Origin: Schaalia odontolytica
Lineage (GTDB): Bacteria; Actinomycetota; Actinomycetes; Actinomycetales; Actinomycetaceae
Length of the DNA: 32,000 nucleotides
NCBI RefSeq assembly: GCF_005696695.1
Contig: NZ_CP040006.1
Span: 2,070,001-2,102,000, forward strand
Direction: 5' to 3'
The notes under the pieces were generated by a model. It did not search any database. It saw only the letters and a list, made by a program, of their open reading frames with translations, and was not told where the DNA came from. Shown here one piece after another: positions 1 to 8,391 of the stretch. A program made the translations under genes and the position numbers. Every line of letters begins with the position of its first letter. Positions within the stretch are counted from its first letter, which is position 1.

Positions 1-125
1 AATTTTACTTAAGCATAACAATGCGGCACGCGGACTGAACAGTGCGCCGACGCGATTGGAACGCTCAGATAACCCTCGATCGTACGCTGTTTCCTGCCGT
101 GGGGGAAAGCGTCAGAGGGAAGCGC

Positions 126-170
126 AAAGGGGACGAGGCCCGGGATAGCTCCCCAGGCCTCGTCCCCTTT
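126..170 (-). terminator. Stem-loop downstream of the 183..839 membrane-protein gene
   Basis: Perfect 15-bp inverted repeat AAAGGGGACGAGGCC (126-140) / GGCCTCGTCCCCTTT (156-170) with a 15-nt loop. It lies immediately 3' of the minus-strand stop at 183. Confidence 0.6.
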
Positions 171-182
171 GTGGACCTTGAG

Positions 183-839
183 TCAGCGCACGGCGCTCAG
201 CATGGCTTCCTGCGTGATGCGGCGGCGCTTGCCGTTCACCTTCACCAGGAGAACGATACCGACGATCAGGACGATCAGACCGGTGACACCGACGACGGTT
301 CCCCACACGAAGGGCATGGCGAAGACCTTTGCCACAACCTCAGGCGATGCGTTGAATGCGGTGATGTTCGCACCGCTGGCGATGCCGTCACACTGCAGCA
401 CGTACGAGCCCGCGGGCACGTGCTCCACCAGGTACACGTCCTCGCTGCCAGCGTAGGGTTCCAGCTCGTAGCTCTTGTCGTCTGCGCCGACCAGCGAGCA
501 GGAGGGATCCTTGTGCGCGTCGCCGCGCACCATGAAGACGCCGTCCGCGGTCACGGTGACGACGCTGCCATTGGCGGTGGTGCCGCCCTTGACCGCATTA
601 CCCTCAGTACCGGCGATACCGGCGATCATCGTGGCAAAAAAGACGACCGGCGCGATGATAACCATGAGCACCACGCCGAGAACGAGCGTGGTAATAGCGC
701 CGCCTCGACCGGGCAGCTTCGGCATGGCCACGGGCGCGGGAGCGCCGTAGCCCTGCGGGGCTGCGGCACCCGGGTAGGAGGTGCCGTTCGTGGGTACCGC
801 GTTCTGCTGGTCCGCGGGACCGTAGGAGGGATTCGACAT
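183..839 (-). CDS. Hypothetical membrane protein: Pro/Gly/Tyr-rich N-terminus, two TM segments, ectodomain with 2 Cys
   Basis: ORF 183..863. The internal ATG at 839 is preceded by AAAGG at about 7 nt, so it is preferred as the start. Hydrophobic stretches: ITTLVLGVVLMVIIAPVVFFATMIAGIAG and VVGVTGLIVLIVGIVLLV followed by KVNGKRRR. No family recognised. Confidence 0.6.
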   Translation of the reverse strand: MSNPSYGPADQQNAVPTNGTSYPGAAAPQGYGAPAPVAMPKLPGRGGAITTLVLGVVLMVIIAPVVFFATMIAGIAGTEGNAVKGGTTANGSVVTVTADGVFMVRGDAHKDPSCSLVGADDKSYELEPYAGSEDVYLVEHVPAGSYVLQCDGIASGANITAFNASPEVVAKVFAMPFVWGTVVGVTGLIVLIVGIVLLVKVNGKRRRITQEAMLSAVR

Positions 840-973
840 GTCTATGCCTTTCTGATGAGACATCTACTTGACTCGTGAGTAAGCCGCGCAGATTGACGAG
901 AACGTGCCAACATAGCACACCGGCGACCGCTGCGCGGAATCGGCGGTGAAAAATTCCGAGTTCTGGTCGCGTA

Positions 974-1714
974 TCAGCTTAGCGAAACTCCGCTCAGGCG
1001 TTCCTCCCGCAGCTCAGCGACACCCGGCACGTCGAGCGGCTCCAGCGTTGCGCCCGTAGCGCGCTCAAGCAGCAGGTCCGCCAGCTCGGGGTTACGAGCC
1101 AGAGCGGGACCGTGCATGTAGGTGGCGATGACGGACCCCTGAACGGCGCCGTCGTAGCGCACCTCGGGCGCTTCCTCTCCCTGGGGTGTGCCGTTTCCGA
1201 CGCCCGAGATGACGCGTCCCAGCGGGGAGGCATCGGGGCCGAGAACGGTGCCACCACCGTGGTTTTCGAAGCCGGTGAGGGTCTGGGTCAAGCCGTCGAG
1301 GACGGGCTCACAGACGAGCTCGCCGATCGCTCGGTGTCCCTGGGGGCGCGTCGTAATGTCGAGGACGCCCATGCCGGGAACGCGCACGCCGCGAGCATCC
1401 TCGTACCAGTGGCCGAGAACCTGCAGGGACGCGCAGATCGCGAGGAGGGGGCGCCCCGCGTCGAGGGCACGGGCGAGACCGGAGGTGCCGCGGAACTTGT
1501 CGGCCGCGAGTGCCTGAGCGGTATCTTCACCACCTCCGAGAGTGTAAATGTCCAGGCTGTCCGGGATCTCCTCGGTCAGGCCGACGTGGACGACCTCGGC
1601 ATCAATGCCGCGCCTGCGGGCACGCTCGGCGAGGATCAGCGCGTTGCCGCTGTCGCCGTAGGTGCCCAGGACCTCGGGCATGAGGACGCCGATTCGCAGC
1701 ATGGAGGTGCTCAT
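974..1714 (-). CDS. gatD: Lipid II isoglutaminyl synthase, glutamine amidotransferase subunit GatD (CobQ/CobB-type GATase)
   Basis: Translation MSTSMLRIGVLMPEVLGTYGDSGNALIL...LLAICASLQVL...ATYMHGPALARNP matches the GatD-type GATase layout (Cys nucleophile in ICASLQ, late His). The ATG at 1714 overlaps the murT stop (ATGA), and the gene is paired with murT. Confidence 0.85.
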   Translation of the reverse strand: MSTSMLRIGVLMPEVLGTYGDSGNALILAERARRRGIDAEVVHVGLTEEIPDSLDIYTLGGGEDTAQALAADKFRGTSGLARALDAGRPLLAICASLQVLGHWYEDARGVRVPGMGVLDITTRPQGHRAIGELVCEPVLDGLTQTLTGFENHGGGTVLGPDASPLGRVISGVGNGTPQGEEAPEVRYDGAVQGSVIATYMHGPALARNPELADLLLERATGATLEPLDVPGVAELREERLSGVSLS

Positions 1715-3021
1715 CGCGTGCCTTCCTTTCGATCGAGCAGGACCTTGAAGTCGCGCATGGCCGTGTAGTTGAGGAGCATCTCGACGCGGCCGGGCTCGCA
1801 CGCGGCGAGGGCGTCCATGGGCAGCGGAACGAGGTCGCAGTGGACGCCCGCATATTCGAGGCGCACGGCCAGGTCGGCGCCGCGCTCACCGCAGGCTACG
1901 ACGCGGCGGCCGGGCTGCTTGACGGCGGAAAAGTCGACGTCCCACAGCCAGGAGAGGTCCTGGCCGTCGGGCACCTGGCCGTTGACACCGATGACAACCT
2001 GGTCGACGCGCGGGTCGATCATCGTCATAGCTTCCTGCCATCCGGCGGGGTTCTTGGCGAGCATGAGGCGCGCACTGCGTCCGTTGACATCGTGGACGGA
2101 GTAGCGTCCCGCGACTTCGGTGACGGCGCTGACGGCCGCGGCGGCAGCAGCGGGGTCAATGCCCATCGCGACGGCGGCGGCGACGGCCTGCGCGGCATTG
2201 CCAAGGTTGGCTCGCCCGGGAAGCTTCAGTTCGAGGGGGACGCTGACGCCGTCGGGTCCACGCAGCGTCGCACGCGGCCCCTCGGGGGCCAGCTCGACGT
2301 CCTCGAGCCACCACTGAGGCTGAGGACGGCTGCTGAGCTCAGGGAGTTCCTCGCCGTCGAAGGCGGGGATCAGGTGCCAATCCTCGCCGGAGCGGACGAC
2401 GCGGCCACCGCGCGGGTATGCAGCGGAGTCCCCTCCCCAACCGGCGCCTGCGGCCACCCACACGACGTTCGGATTGTCGGCAGCAGCGGAAACGATCAGC
2501 GGGTCGTCGCAGTTCGCAACGACGACGGCACCCGGGTGGGCCGAGGCCCCGTCACGCAGGCGACGCTCAACGGAGCCGATTTCGCCGACGCGGTCGAGCT
2601 GATCGCGCGAGAGATTCAGGTACACGAAGACCGATGGATTGACGTCGGCGGCGACAGCGGGCACGTGCATCTCGTCGACCTCGAGGGCCGCACGCGTCGC
2701 CTCCTTACCCTGCATGAGGGCCGTAATGACGCCCGAGGTCATGTTGTCGCCATTGATATTGGAGGCCACGGGTCCGGCGCTTTCGAGGGCCGCCCGCACC
2801 ATGCGGGTCGTCGTCGACTTTCCGTTCGTGCCGGTCACGATAACGGAGGAGTAGGGGGCTGCCAGCTCCGAAAGGAACTTCGGCGAGATGCGCATGGCAA
2901 CCTCACCGCCGATCATGCCGCCGGATCCGCGTCCGAGGGCCCGGGAGGCGAAGCGGGCGGCACCGCCGGCCGCTTTGGCCACGCGCGAGCGCACCGAGAG
3001 GTGATGCGAAGATTTCGTCAT
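1711..3021 (-). CDS. murT: Lipid II isoglutaminyl synthase, Mur-ligase-like subunit MurT
   Basis: Mur-ligase P-loop VIVTGTNGKSTTT and a 436-aa length. It sits immediately upstream of, and is translationally coupled to, the GatD-like gene. Confidence 0.88.
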   Translation of the reverse strand: MTKSSHHLSVRSRVAKAAGGAARFASRALGRGSGGMIGGEVAMRISPKFLSELAAPYSSVIVTGTNGKSTTTRMVRAALESAGPVASNINGDNMTSGVITALMQGKEATRAALEVDEMHVPAVAADVNPSVFVYLNLSRDQLDRVGEIGSVERRLRDGASAHPGAVVVANCDDPLIVSAAADNPNVVWVAAGAGWGGDSAAYPRGGRVVRSGEDWHLIPAFDGEELPELSSRPQPQWWLEDVELAPEGPRATLRGPDGVSVPLELKLPGRANLGNAAQAVAAAVAMGIDPAAAAAAVSAVTEVAGRYSVHDVNGRSARLMLAKNPAGWQEAMTMIDPRVDQVVIGVNGQVPDGQDLSWLWDVDFSAVKQPGRRVVACGERGADLAVRLEYAGVHCDLVPLPMDALAACEPGRVEMLLNYTAMRDFKVLLDRKEGTR

Positions 3022-3533
3022 GCGTCCACGTTAACGCATGCGGGGCGTCGGTCGCGCCGCTGACGCATCTCGACCCTTTCTATCAGGACACGAACGAGGG
3101 GCGCTGCGGGGACCGCTTTCCTCGCGCGACACGCTGATACCCATCTGACCTGCACAGATAGTTACGTATTGCATACCAACGTTATCCACGCCATCTCTCT
3201 GTGACGGCGTAGATATATCCCACCGGTCAATATCGACCGATGAGCCACCTCAGAGCACCGTCCCACCGGCTCACAACACGAGCATTTTCAAGGAAAAGGC
3301 GCATCCGCGAACAAAATTGCAGGTCAGGGGGCATTTCCAAAAAATAGTAGCGAATCTGACGCACACATTTCGCGCATCCCCTGCACGTTTGCGCCAAGCG
3401 GTCCACACCCCAAAAATCAACTATCGAAACCGGCCGTGACCTGGTAAAACTATGTTCAGCAGGCGAAAGCCTGTCGCCTGTTCCAGGCTTCGGTCGGGGA
3501 TCCTGTGTGCCCCCGGATCCTCGATCGAATATG

Positions 3534-3566
3534 CTGCGGGACCCATCCTTTGGATGGGTCCCGCAG
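3534..3566 (-). terminator. Stem-loop terminator of the dnaK-grpE-dnaJ-hspR operon
   Basis: Perfect 15-bp stem CTGCGGGACCCATCC / GGATGGGTCCCGCAG with a 3-nt loop, 20 nt downstream of the hspR stop (3586). Confidence 0.65.
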
Positions 3567-3585
3567 TCCTTTATGTCTCGATGCC

Positions 3586-4140
3586 CTAGCGGCAAGAGAC
3601 GATCGTCCCCTCAATCACCGCGCGCCCATTCGATCGCGGCGCAGCCGGAAGTGCCGAACGCGCCGAAGCCTCGGAGGAGGCGAGCGCCGCGAGCGCCCGC
3701 ACCGGATTCCACACGGTGAGAGAGCCTCCAGAGCGAGCCTCAGACCTCGAGGAGCTATCCCATGGGCGCTGGCCTCGTCGCATCGGCATGACCTGACCGT
3801 CAGCAGACGCAGCAAACACGCGATTGCGCTTAGCCTCGGCCTCGGCGACCGCCCCACGCAGGGCGTCCCGCTCCTCTTCCAAGGCCTCGACGCGCCGCTC
3901 GAGCTCGAGGATACGTCGGATACCCGCCAGGTTGATACCCTCTTCCTGGCTCATCCGCTGCACGTCGCGCAGACGCTGCACGTCCCGCTTCGTATAGCGG
4001 CGTCCCCGCCCCTTTGTACGGGCGGGGATCACCAGGCCGAGACGGTCGTACTGGCGCAGGGTCTGCGGATGCATGCCCGCCAACTCGGCCGCAACCGAGA
4101 TGACGAACGTGATCGCATCGTCCGATCCCGTCTTCGCCAT
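3586..4140 (-). CDS. hspR: Heat-shock transcriptional repressor HspR (MerR family)
   Basis: MerR-type HTH ISVAAELAGMHPQTLRQYDRLGLVIPARTKGRGRRYTKRDVQRL. It is the last gene of the dnaK operon, and HAIR operators lie upstream of dnaK. Confidence 0.88.
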   Translation of the reverse strand: MAKTGSDDAITFVISVAAELAGMHPQTLRQYDRLGLVIPARTKGRGRRYTKRDVQRLRDVQRMSQEEGINLAGIRRILELERRVEALEEERDALRGAVAEAEAKRNRVFAASADGQVMPMRRGQRPWDSSSRSEARSGGSLTVWNPVRALAALASSEASARSALPAAPRSNGRAVIEGTIVSCR

Positions 4141-4143
4141 GGC

Positions 4144-5193
4144 TTACTCCTCCACGGCCTCGATCAGGGATGCGCGCACGTCGAGGTCGCCCTCGGCCTT
4201 CGCCATCTCCTTCGCGAGCTTCTTGAGGTCGCGGCTCGGCTTTTCCGGAATCTGGATGGCGACACGGGCAATCAGGTCGCCCGTCGCCTTGGAGGTCTTC
4301 ACTCCCCCGCCGCGCACGCGGATCTCAGCGCCCGAGGAGGAACCCGCGGGCACCTTGACCGTGGCCGTGTTGCCGTCGATCATCGGCACGTCAACGACGG
4401 TGCCGAGGATGGCCTCGGACACGGTCACGGGCAGGGTGAGGACCAGGTCGTCACCCTCGCGCGAGAACACGGGATGCGGCTTGACCGTCACGGCGACCTC
4501 GAGGTCGCCCGCGGGACCGCCGTTGATGCCGGGCTTGCCGTGGCCCTTGACGCGGACCTTCTGGCCGTCCTTGATACCCGCGGGGATGCGGACCTTGATC
4601 GGAGAGCCGCCGACCTTGATGGTCAGGGTCGCGCCGTTCAGGGCCTGACGGAAGGAAATGGCCAGCTTGGCGCGCACGGTCCCGCCCTTTTCAGGGGTGG
4701 GTGCCGCCTGCTGGGCGTGACCGGCGGCGCCGAAGGGCGAACCGTAGGGGTCGCCCCCAAAACGCGCGCCACCGCCGCCACCGCCGAAGAGGCCGGAGAG
4801 GATGTCCTCGAAGCCCGCCCCGCCGCCGGGCATGCCGGAGGTCTGGAAGCGCACGTTATGGCCGCCGCCTCCGAAGCCACCGGCGCCGCCGAAGGCACCG
4901 AAGAGGTCCTCGAAGCCGCCCGCGCCGCCCGATCCGGCGGAGAAGCGTGCCCCGCCGCTAGCCATCGCGCGGATCGCGTCATAGCGCTTACGATCCTCGT
5001 CATTGGACAGGACGGCGTAGGCCTCGCCGATTTCCTTGAACTTGGCCTCAGCGGCCTTGTCGCCCGGGTTCTGATCCGGGTGCCACTGCCGAGCCAGCTT
5101 GCGGTAGGCCTTGGTGATGGCCTTCTTGTCCGCTGTCTTGTCGACTCCGAGGACCTTGTAGAAGTCCTTGGAGAACCATTCCTGTTCACTCAC
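4144..5193 (-). CDS. dnaJ: J-domain co-chaperone DnaJ, class II/CbpA-like (no Cys-rich zinc-finger domain)
   Basis: J domain DFYKVLGV...AYRKLARQWHPDQNP (HPD motif), a Gly/Phe-rich linker and a C-terminal substrate-binding region. The translation contains no cysteine at all. Confidence 0.9.
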   Translation of the reverse strand: MSEQEWFSKDFYKVLGVDKTADKKAITKAYRKLARQWHPDQNPGDKAAEAKFKEIGEAYAVLSNDEDRKRYDAIRAMASGGARFSAGSGGAGGFEDLFGAFGGAGGFGGGGHNVRFQTSGMPGGGAGFEDILSGLFGGGGGGARFGGDPYGSPFGAAGHAQQAAPTPEKGGTVRAKLAISFRQALNGATLTIKVGGSPIKVRIPAGIKDGQKVRVKGHGKPGINGGPAGDLEVAVTVKPHPVFSREGDDLVLTLPVTVSEAILGTVVDVPMIDGNTATVKVPAGSSSGAEIRVRGGGVKTSKATGDLIARVAIQIPEKPSRDLKKLAKEMAKAEGDLDVRASLIEAVEE

Positions 5194-5232
5194 GCGCGTG
5201 TCACCTCTCTTTCAGTTGCGAGCGTGTCGATG

Positions 5233-5889
5233 TCATTCAGGGTTGTTCACCAGTACCTTCGCGGCGCGCACAACGCGTTCGCCACGGCGGTAGCCGCTCG
5301 CGAGGACCTGCCCGATGACGGGATGGTCGACGTCCGGGCTGGTGGTCGCCATGAGGGCGTCGTGCAGGGCGGGATCGAAGTCGTCGCCCGGAGCGCCATA
5401 GCGCTCGAGCTCGAAACGCGTCTTGAGCGTCTCCTCGAGCTTCGTGGCGATCGACGCGAAGGGGCCGTCCTCCAGGTCGCCGTGCGCGCGGGCGGCGGCG
5501 ATGTCGTCGAGGACGCTGATGAGCGACTCGATGACCTCATCCTGGCCCGCGGTCTTGTGGCCGGGGATGGCCTCCTTGGAGCGGCGCACATAGTTGGCGT
5601 ACTCCTGGCCCTGGTTATACAGCTCCGCGTTGGCGCGGGCCAGCTGGTCTTCGACGCTCGCGATGCGCTCGAGGGCCTTGGCGAGGTCGGAGTCCTCGAT
5701 CTGCTCCTCGAAGGCGCTCATGTCGTCGGTCGAACCCTCGGACGAGGCTTGGGCAGCGTCATCCGCGCCGGGTGCGGTCTCGTTGTTCTCGGCCGCCTGG
5801 CCGGCCGGGGCCGACTCGAAGGAGTCGGCCCCGGCGACGTTGGCGTCTTCGTTGGGCGCCGAGAAACCGTTGGTTTCTTCGGTGCTCAC
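5233..5889 (-). CDS. grpE: Nucleotide exchange factor GrpE
   Basis: Acidic N-terminus, a coiled region, then a GrpE-type C-terminus (...[24 protein letters not shown]). The GTG start overlaps the dnaK stop (GTGA). It lies between dnaK and dnaJ. Confidence 0.92.
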   Translation of the reverse strand: MSTEETNGFSAPNEDANVAGADSFESAPAGQAAENNETAPGADDAAQASSEGSTDDMSAFEEQIEDSDLAKALERIASVEDQLARANAELYNQGQEYANYVRRSKEAIPGHKTAGQDEVIESLISVLDDIAAARAHGDLEDGPFASIATKLEETLKTRFELERYGAPGDDFDPALHDALMATTSPDVDHPVIGQVLASGYRRGERVVRAAKVLVNNPE

Positions 5890-7721
5890 TTGTTGTCCTC
5901 GTCAACGATCTCGGCGTCCACGACGTCGTCCTGCGCGGGCGCGGACTGGGCGCCGGCCTCGTCGGCCTGCTGCTTGGCGTAGATCTCCTGGCCGATCTTC
6001 ATGCCGGACTCGGACAGGGTCGCCATGGCGGTCTTCACGGCCTCGATGTCGTCACCCTTGAGGGCTTCCTTGACGGCGTCGACGTCCTTCTGGACGGCCT
6101 CGCGGGTCTCCTCGGAGATCTTGTCGGCCTCGTCCTTGAGCAGCTTCTCCGTCGCGTAGACGGTCTGCTCAGCCTGGTTGCGGGTGTCGGCCTCTTCGCG
6201 GCGCTTCTTGTCCTCGGCGGCGTGCTCCTCAGCCTCGCGCACCATGCGGTCGATGTCCTCCTTGGGCAGGGACGAACCGCCGGTGATCGTCACCGACTGC
6301 TCCTTGCCGGTGCCACGATCCTTCGCGGAGACGTGAACGATGCCGTTCGCGTCGATGTCGAAGGTGACCTCGATCTGCGGCACGCCGCGGGGGGCCGGGG
6401 CGATGCCGGACAGCTCGAAGGTGCCGAGCAGCTTGTTGTCACGGGCGAACTCACGCTCACCCTGGTAGACCTGGATGAGCACGGAGGGCTGGCCGTCCTC
6501 GGCGGTGGAGAAGATCTCCGAGGCCTTGGTCGGGATGGCCGTGTTGCGGTCGATGAGCTTGGTCATGACGCCGCCCTTGGTCTCGATGCCGAGCGACAGC
6601 GGGGTCACGTCGATGAGCAGGACGTCCTTGCGGTCACCCTGGATGACGCCGGCCTGCAGGGCGGCGCCCACGGCGACGACCTCATCGGGGTTGACGCCCT
6701 TGTTGGGCTCGCGACCGCCGGTCAGCTCCTTGACGACCTCGGTGACAGCGGGCATACGGGTGGAGCCGCCGACGAGCACGACGTGGTCGATCTCGGAGAC
6801 GGTCACGCCGGCCTCGGCCATGACATCGCGGAAGGGCTTCTTGGTGCGCTCGAGCAGGTCGGAGGTGAGCTCCTCGAACTTGGCGCGCGTGAGGGACTCA
6901 TCCAGGTGGATGGGGCCATCGGCGGTCATGGACAGGTACTGCAGCGAGATGTTCGTGGAGGTCGCGGAGGACAGCTCCTTCTTCGCCTGCTCAGCGGCTT
7001 CCTTCAGGCGCTGGAGGGCGACCGCGTCCTTGGACAGGTCGGCGCCGGTCTTAGCCTTGACCTGGTCGATCAGCCAGTTGACGATGCGCTGATCCCAGTC
7101 ATCGCCACCCAGGTTGTTGTCGCCGGAGGTGGCGCGCACCTGGATGGTGGAGAAGCCGTCGTCATCCTTGCCCACCTCGAGGAGGGACACGTCGAAGGTG
7201 CCGCCACCGAGGTCGAAGACCAGGATGAGCTCATCTTCCTTGCCCTTTTCGAGGCCGTAGGCCAGGGCCGCGGCGGTGGGCTCGTTGACGATGCGCTCGA
7301 CCTTCAGGCCGGCGATCTGACCGGCATCCTTGGTGGCCTGGCGCTGAGCGTCGTTGAAGTAGGCGGGGACGGTGATGACGGCCTCGGTGACGGGCTCACC
7401 CAGGTAGGCCTCGGCGTCAGCCTTCAGCTTCATGAGGATGCGCGCGGAGATTTCCTGCGCGGTGTACTTCTTGCCGTCGATCTCCGTGGTCCAGTCGGTG
7501 CCCATGTGGCGCTTGACGGAGGAGATGGTGCGGTCGACGTTGGTGACGGCCTGGCGCTTGGCGATCTCGCCAACCAGGACCTCACCGGTCTTGGAGAAGG
7601 CGACGACCGAGGGGGTCGTGCGAGCGCCTTCGGCGTTGGGGATGATAGTGGGCTCGCCGCCTTCGAGGACGGCGATAGCGGAGTTGGTGGTACCGAGGTC
7701 GATGCCGACTGCACGTGCCAT
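5886..7721 (-). CDS. dnaK: Molecular chaperone DnaK (Hsp70)
   Basis: 611 aa with hallmark Hsp70 motifs [19 protein letters not shown] and [10 protein letters not shown]. Confidence 0.98.
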   Translation of the reverse strand: MARAVGIDLGTTNSAIAVLEGGEPTIIPNAEGARTTPSVVAFSKTGEVLVGEIAKRQAVTNVDRTISSVKRHMGTDWTTEIDGKKYTAQEISARILMKLKADAEAYLGEPVTEAVITVPAYFNDAQRQATKDAGQIAGLKVERIVNEPTAAALAYGLEKGKEDELILVFDLGGGTFDVSLLEVGKDDDGFSTIQVRATSGDNNLGGDDWDQRIVNWLIDQVKAKTGADLSKDAVALQRLKEAAEQAKKELSSATSTNISLQYLSMTADGPIHLDESLTRAKFEELTSDLLERTKKPFRDVMAEAGVTVSEIDHVVLVGGSTRMPAVTEVVKELTGGREPNKGVNPDEVVAVGAALQAGVIQGDRKDVLLIDVTPLSLGIETKGGVMTKLIDRNTAIPTKASEIFSTAEDGQPSVLIQVYQGEREFARDNKLLGTFELSGIAPAPRGVPQIEVTFDIDANGIVHVSAKDRGTGKEQSVTITGGSSLPKEDIDRMVREAEEHAAEDKKRREEADTRNQAEQTVYATEKLLKDEADKISEETREAVQKDVDAVKEALKGDDIEAVKTAMATLSESGMKIGQEIYAKQQADEAGAQSAPAQDDVVDAEIVDEDNK

Positions 7722-7818
7722 GGTTGTTGTCCTTTCGTTCGCTCAGCCGTCTCCGCTTCTGGAGCGGCTCGCGTTGGTCTGTGTGGTCTATGTGGTGCCG
7801 GGAGGGTCCCGACACATC

Positions 7819-7839
7819 CTTGAGTCTGTTGTACTCAAC
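7819..7839. promoter_or_regulatory. HAIR operator 1 (HspR-associated inverted repeat)
   Basis: CTTGAGT-ctgttgt-ACTCAAC, against the consensus CTTGAGT-N7-ACTCAAG. Confidence 0.85.
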
Positions 7840-7866
7840 TTTAGGAGCAGGGTTTTTATTCCGCAA
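7838..7866 (-). promoter_or_regulatory. Candidate sigma-70-type promoter of the dnaK operon (-35 TTGCGG, 17-nt spacer, -10 TAAAGT)
   Basis: Read on the minus strand: TTGCGG (7866-7861), 17 nt, TAAAGT (7843-7838). HAIR-1 begins at the last bases of the -10. Motif match only. Confidence 0.35.
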
Positions 7867-7881
7867 CCCGAAGCCCTCAAA

Positions 7882-7902
7882 CTTGAGTCTGATGTACTCA
7901 AC
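7882..7902. promoter_or_regulatory. HAIR operator 2
   Basis: CTTGAGT-ctgatgt-ACTCAAC. Confidence 0.85.
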
Positions 7903-7959
7903 TTTGCAGGACCGACTTTTATTCCATCGTCGAGTCCCGCAAGCTTGAGCTACTCAAAA

Positions 7960-7980
7960 GCTGAGTCTGATGTACTCAAC
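7960..7980. promoter_or_regulatory. HAIR operator 3 (one mismatch in the left arm)
   Basis: gCTGAGT-ctgatgt-ACTCAAC. Confidence 0.75.
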
Positions 7981-8188
7981 TTTCTTTTCTCAGTTTTATT
8001 CCATTCCACCTGGCCAGGTAGAACGCGGCCACATGGTGCGGAAATTTGCATAGTGTCAAACGGTCGTAAGTCGAACGAAAGCTTGTCGTAAGTTTTTGCA
8101 AAATTCGAAAGTGGCGTACTACACCCCTCCTCTGGCAAACTAGTAACGCTCTCAACGACCGAGAGTCCCGTCAATCAATGGAGACTTG

Positions 8189-8311
8189 ATGCGCATCACG
8201 AACCGACTGGCTGGCGGCCTCCTCGCCGGCCTACTGACACTAGGAATGGCAGGTCCCGCCTTGGCCGACACGCCAGCAGCCGACGGTGCCCAGTCCGGCA
8301 CCCCCGCCCCC
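8189..8311 (+). other. Orphan Sec signal peptide and mature N-terminus of the fucosidase, in a different frame from the catalytic ORF
   Basis: ATG at 8189 follows GGAG. Translation MRITNRLAGGLLAGLLTLGMAGPALA/DTPAADGAQSGTPAP has an n-h-c region and an AxA cleavage site. After the C5-G-C5 tract (8301-8311) this frame becomes Arg-rich junk and stops at 8395. Confidence 0.7.
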
Positions 8312-8391
8312 AGGCCACCTACGACGCGCGCTACGCGATCCCTGCAGCCGTCGCCGCCTCGAGCGAGGCGAAGGTATCCGAGTGGCAGGAC

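Noticed and set aside
1840-3063. Plus-strand ORF of 407 aa
   Set aside because: Antisense to murT, which carries the Mur-ligase P-loop.
3505-7823. Long plus-strand ORFs 3505..5982 (825 aa) and 5772..7823 (683 aa)
   Set aside because: They are antisense to hspR/dnaJ/grpE/dnaK, whose translations carry unmistakable family motifs. The plus-strand translations are low-complexity and rich in Arg, Gly, Leu, Asp and Val. This is the usual open-antisense-frame artefact of high-GC DNA.
7950-8174. Minus-strand ORF of 74 aa between dnaK and the fucosidase gene
   Set aside because: It overlaps HAIR-3 and the divergent promoter region, has no SD sequence, and has unconvincing composition.
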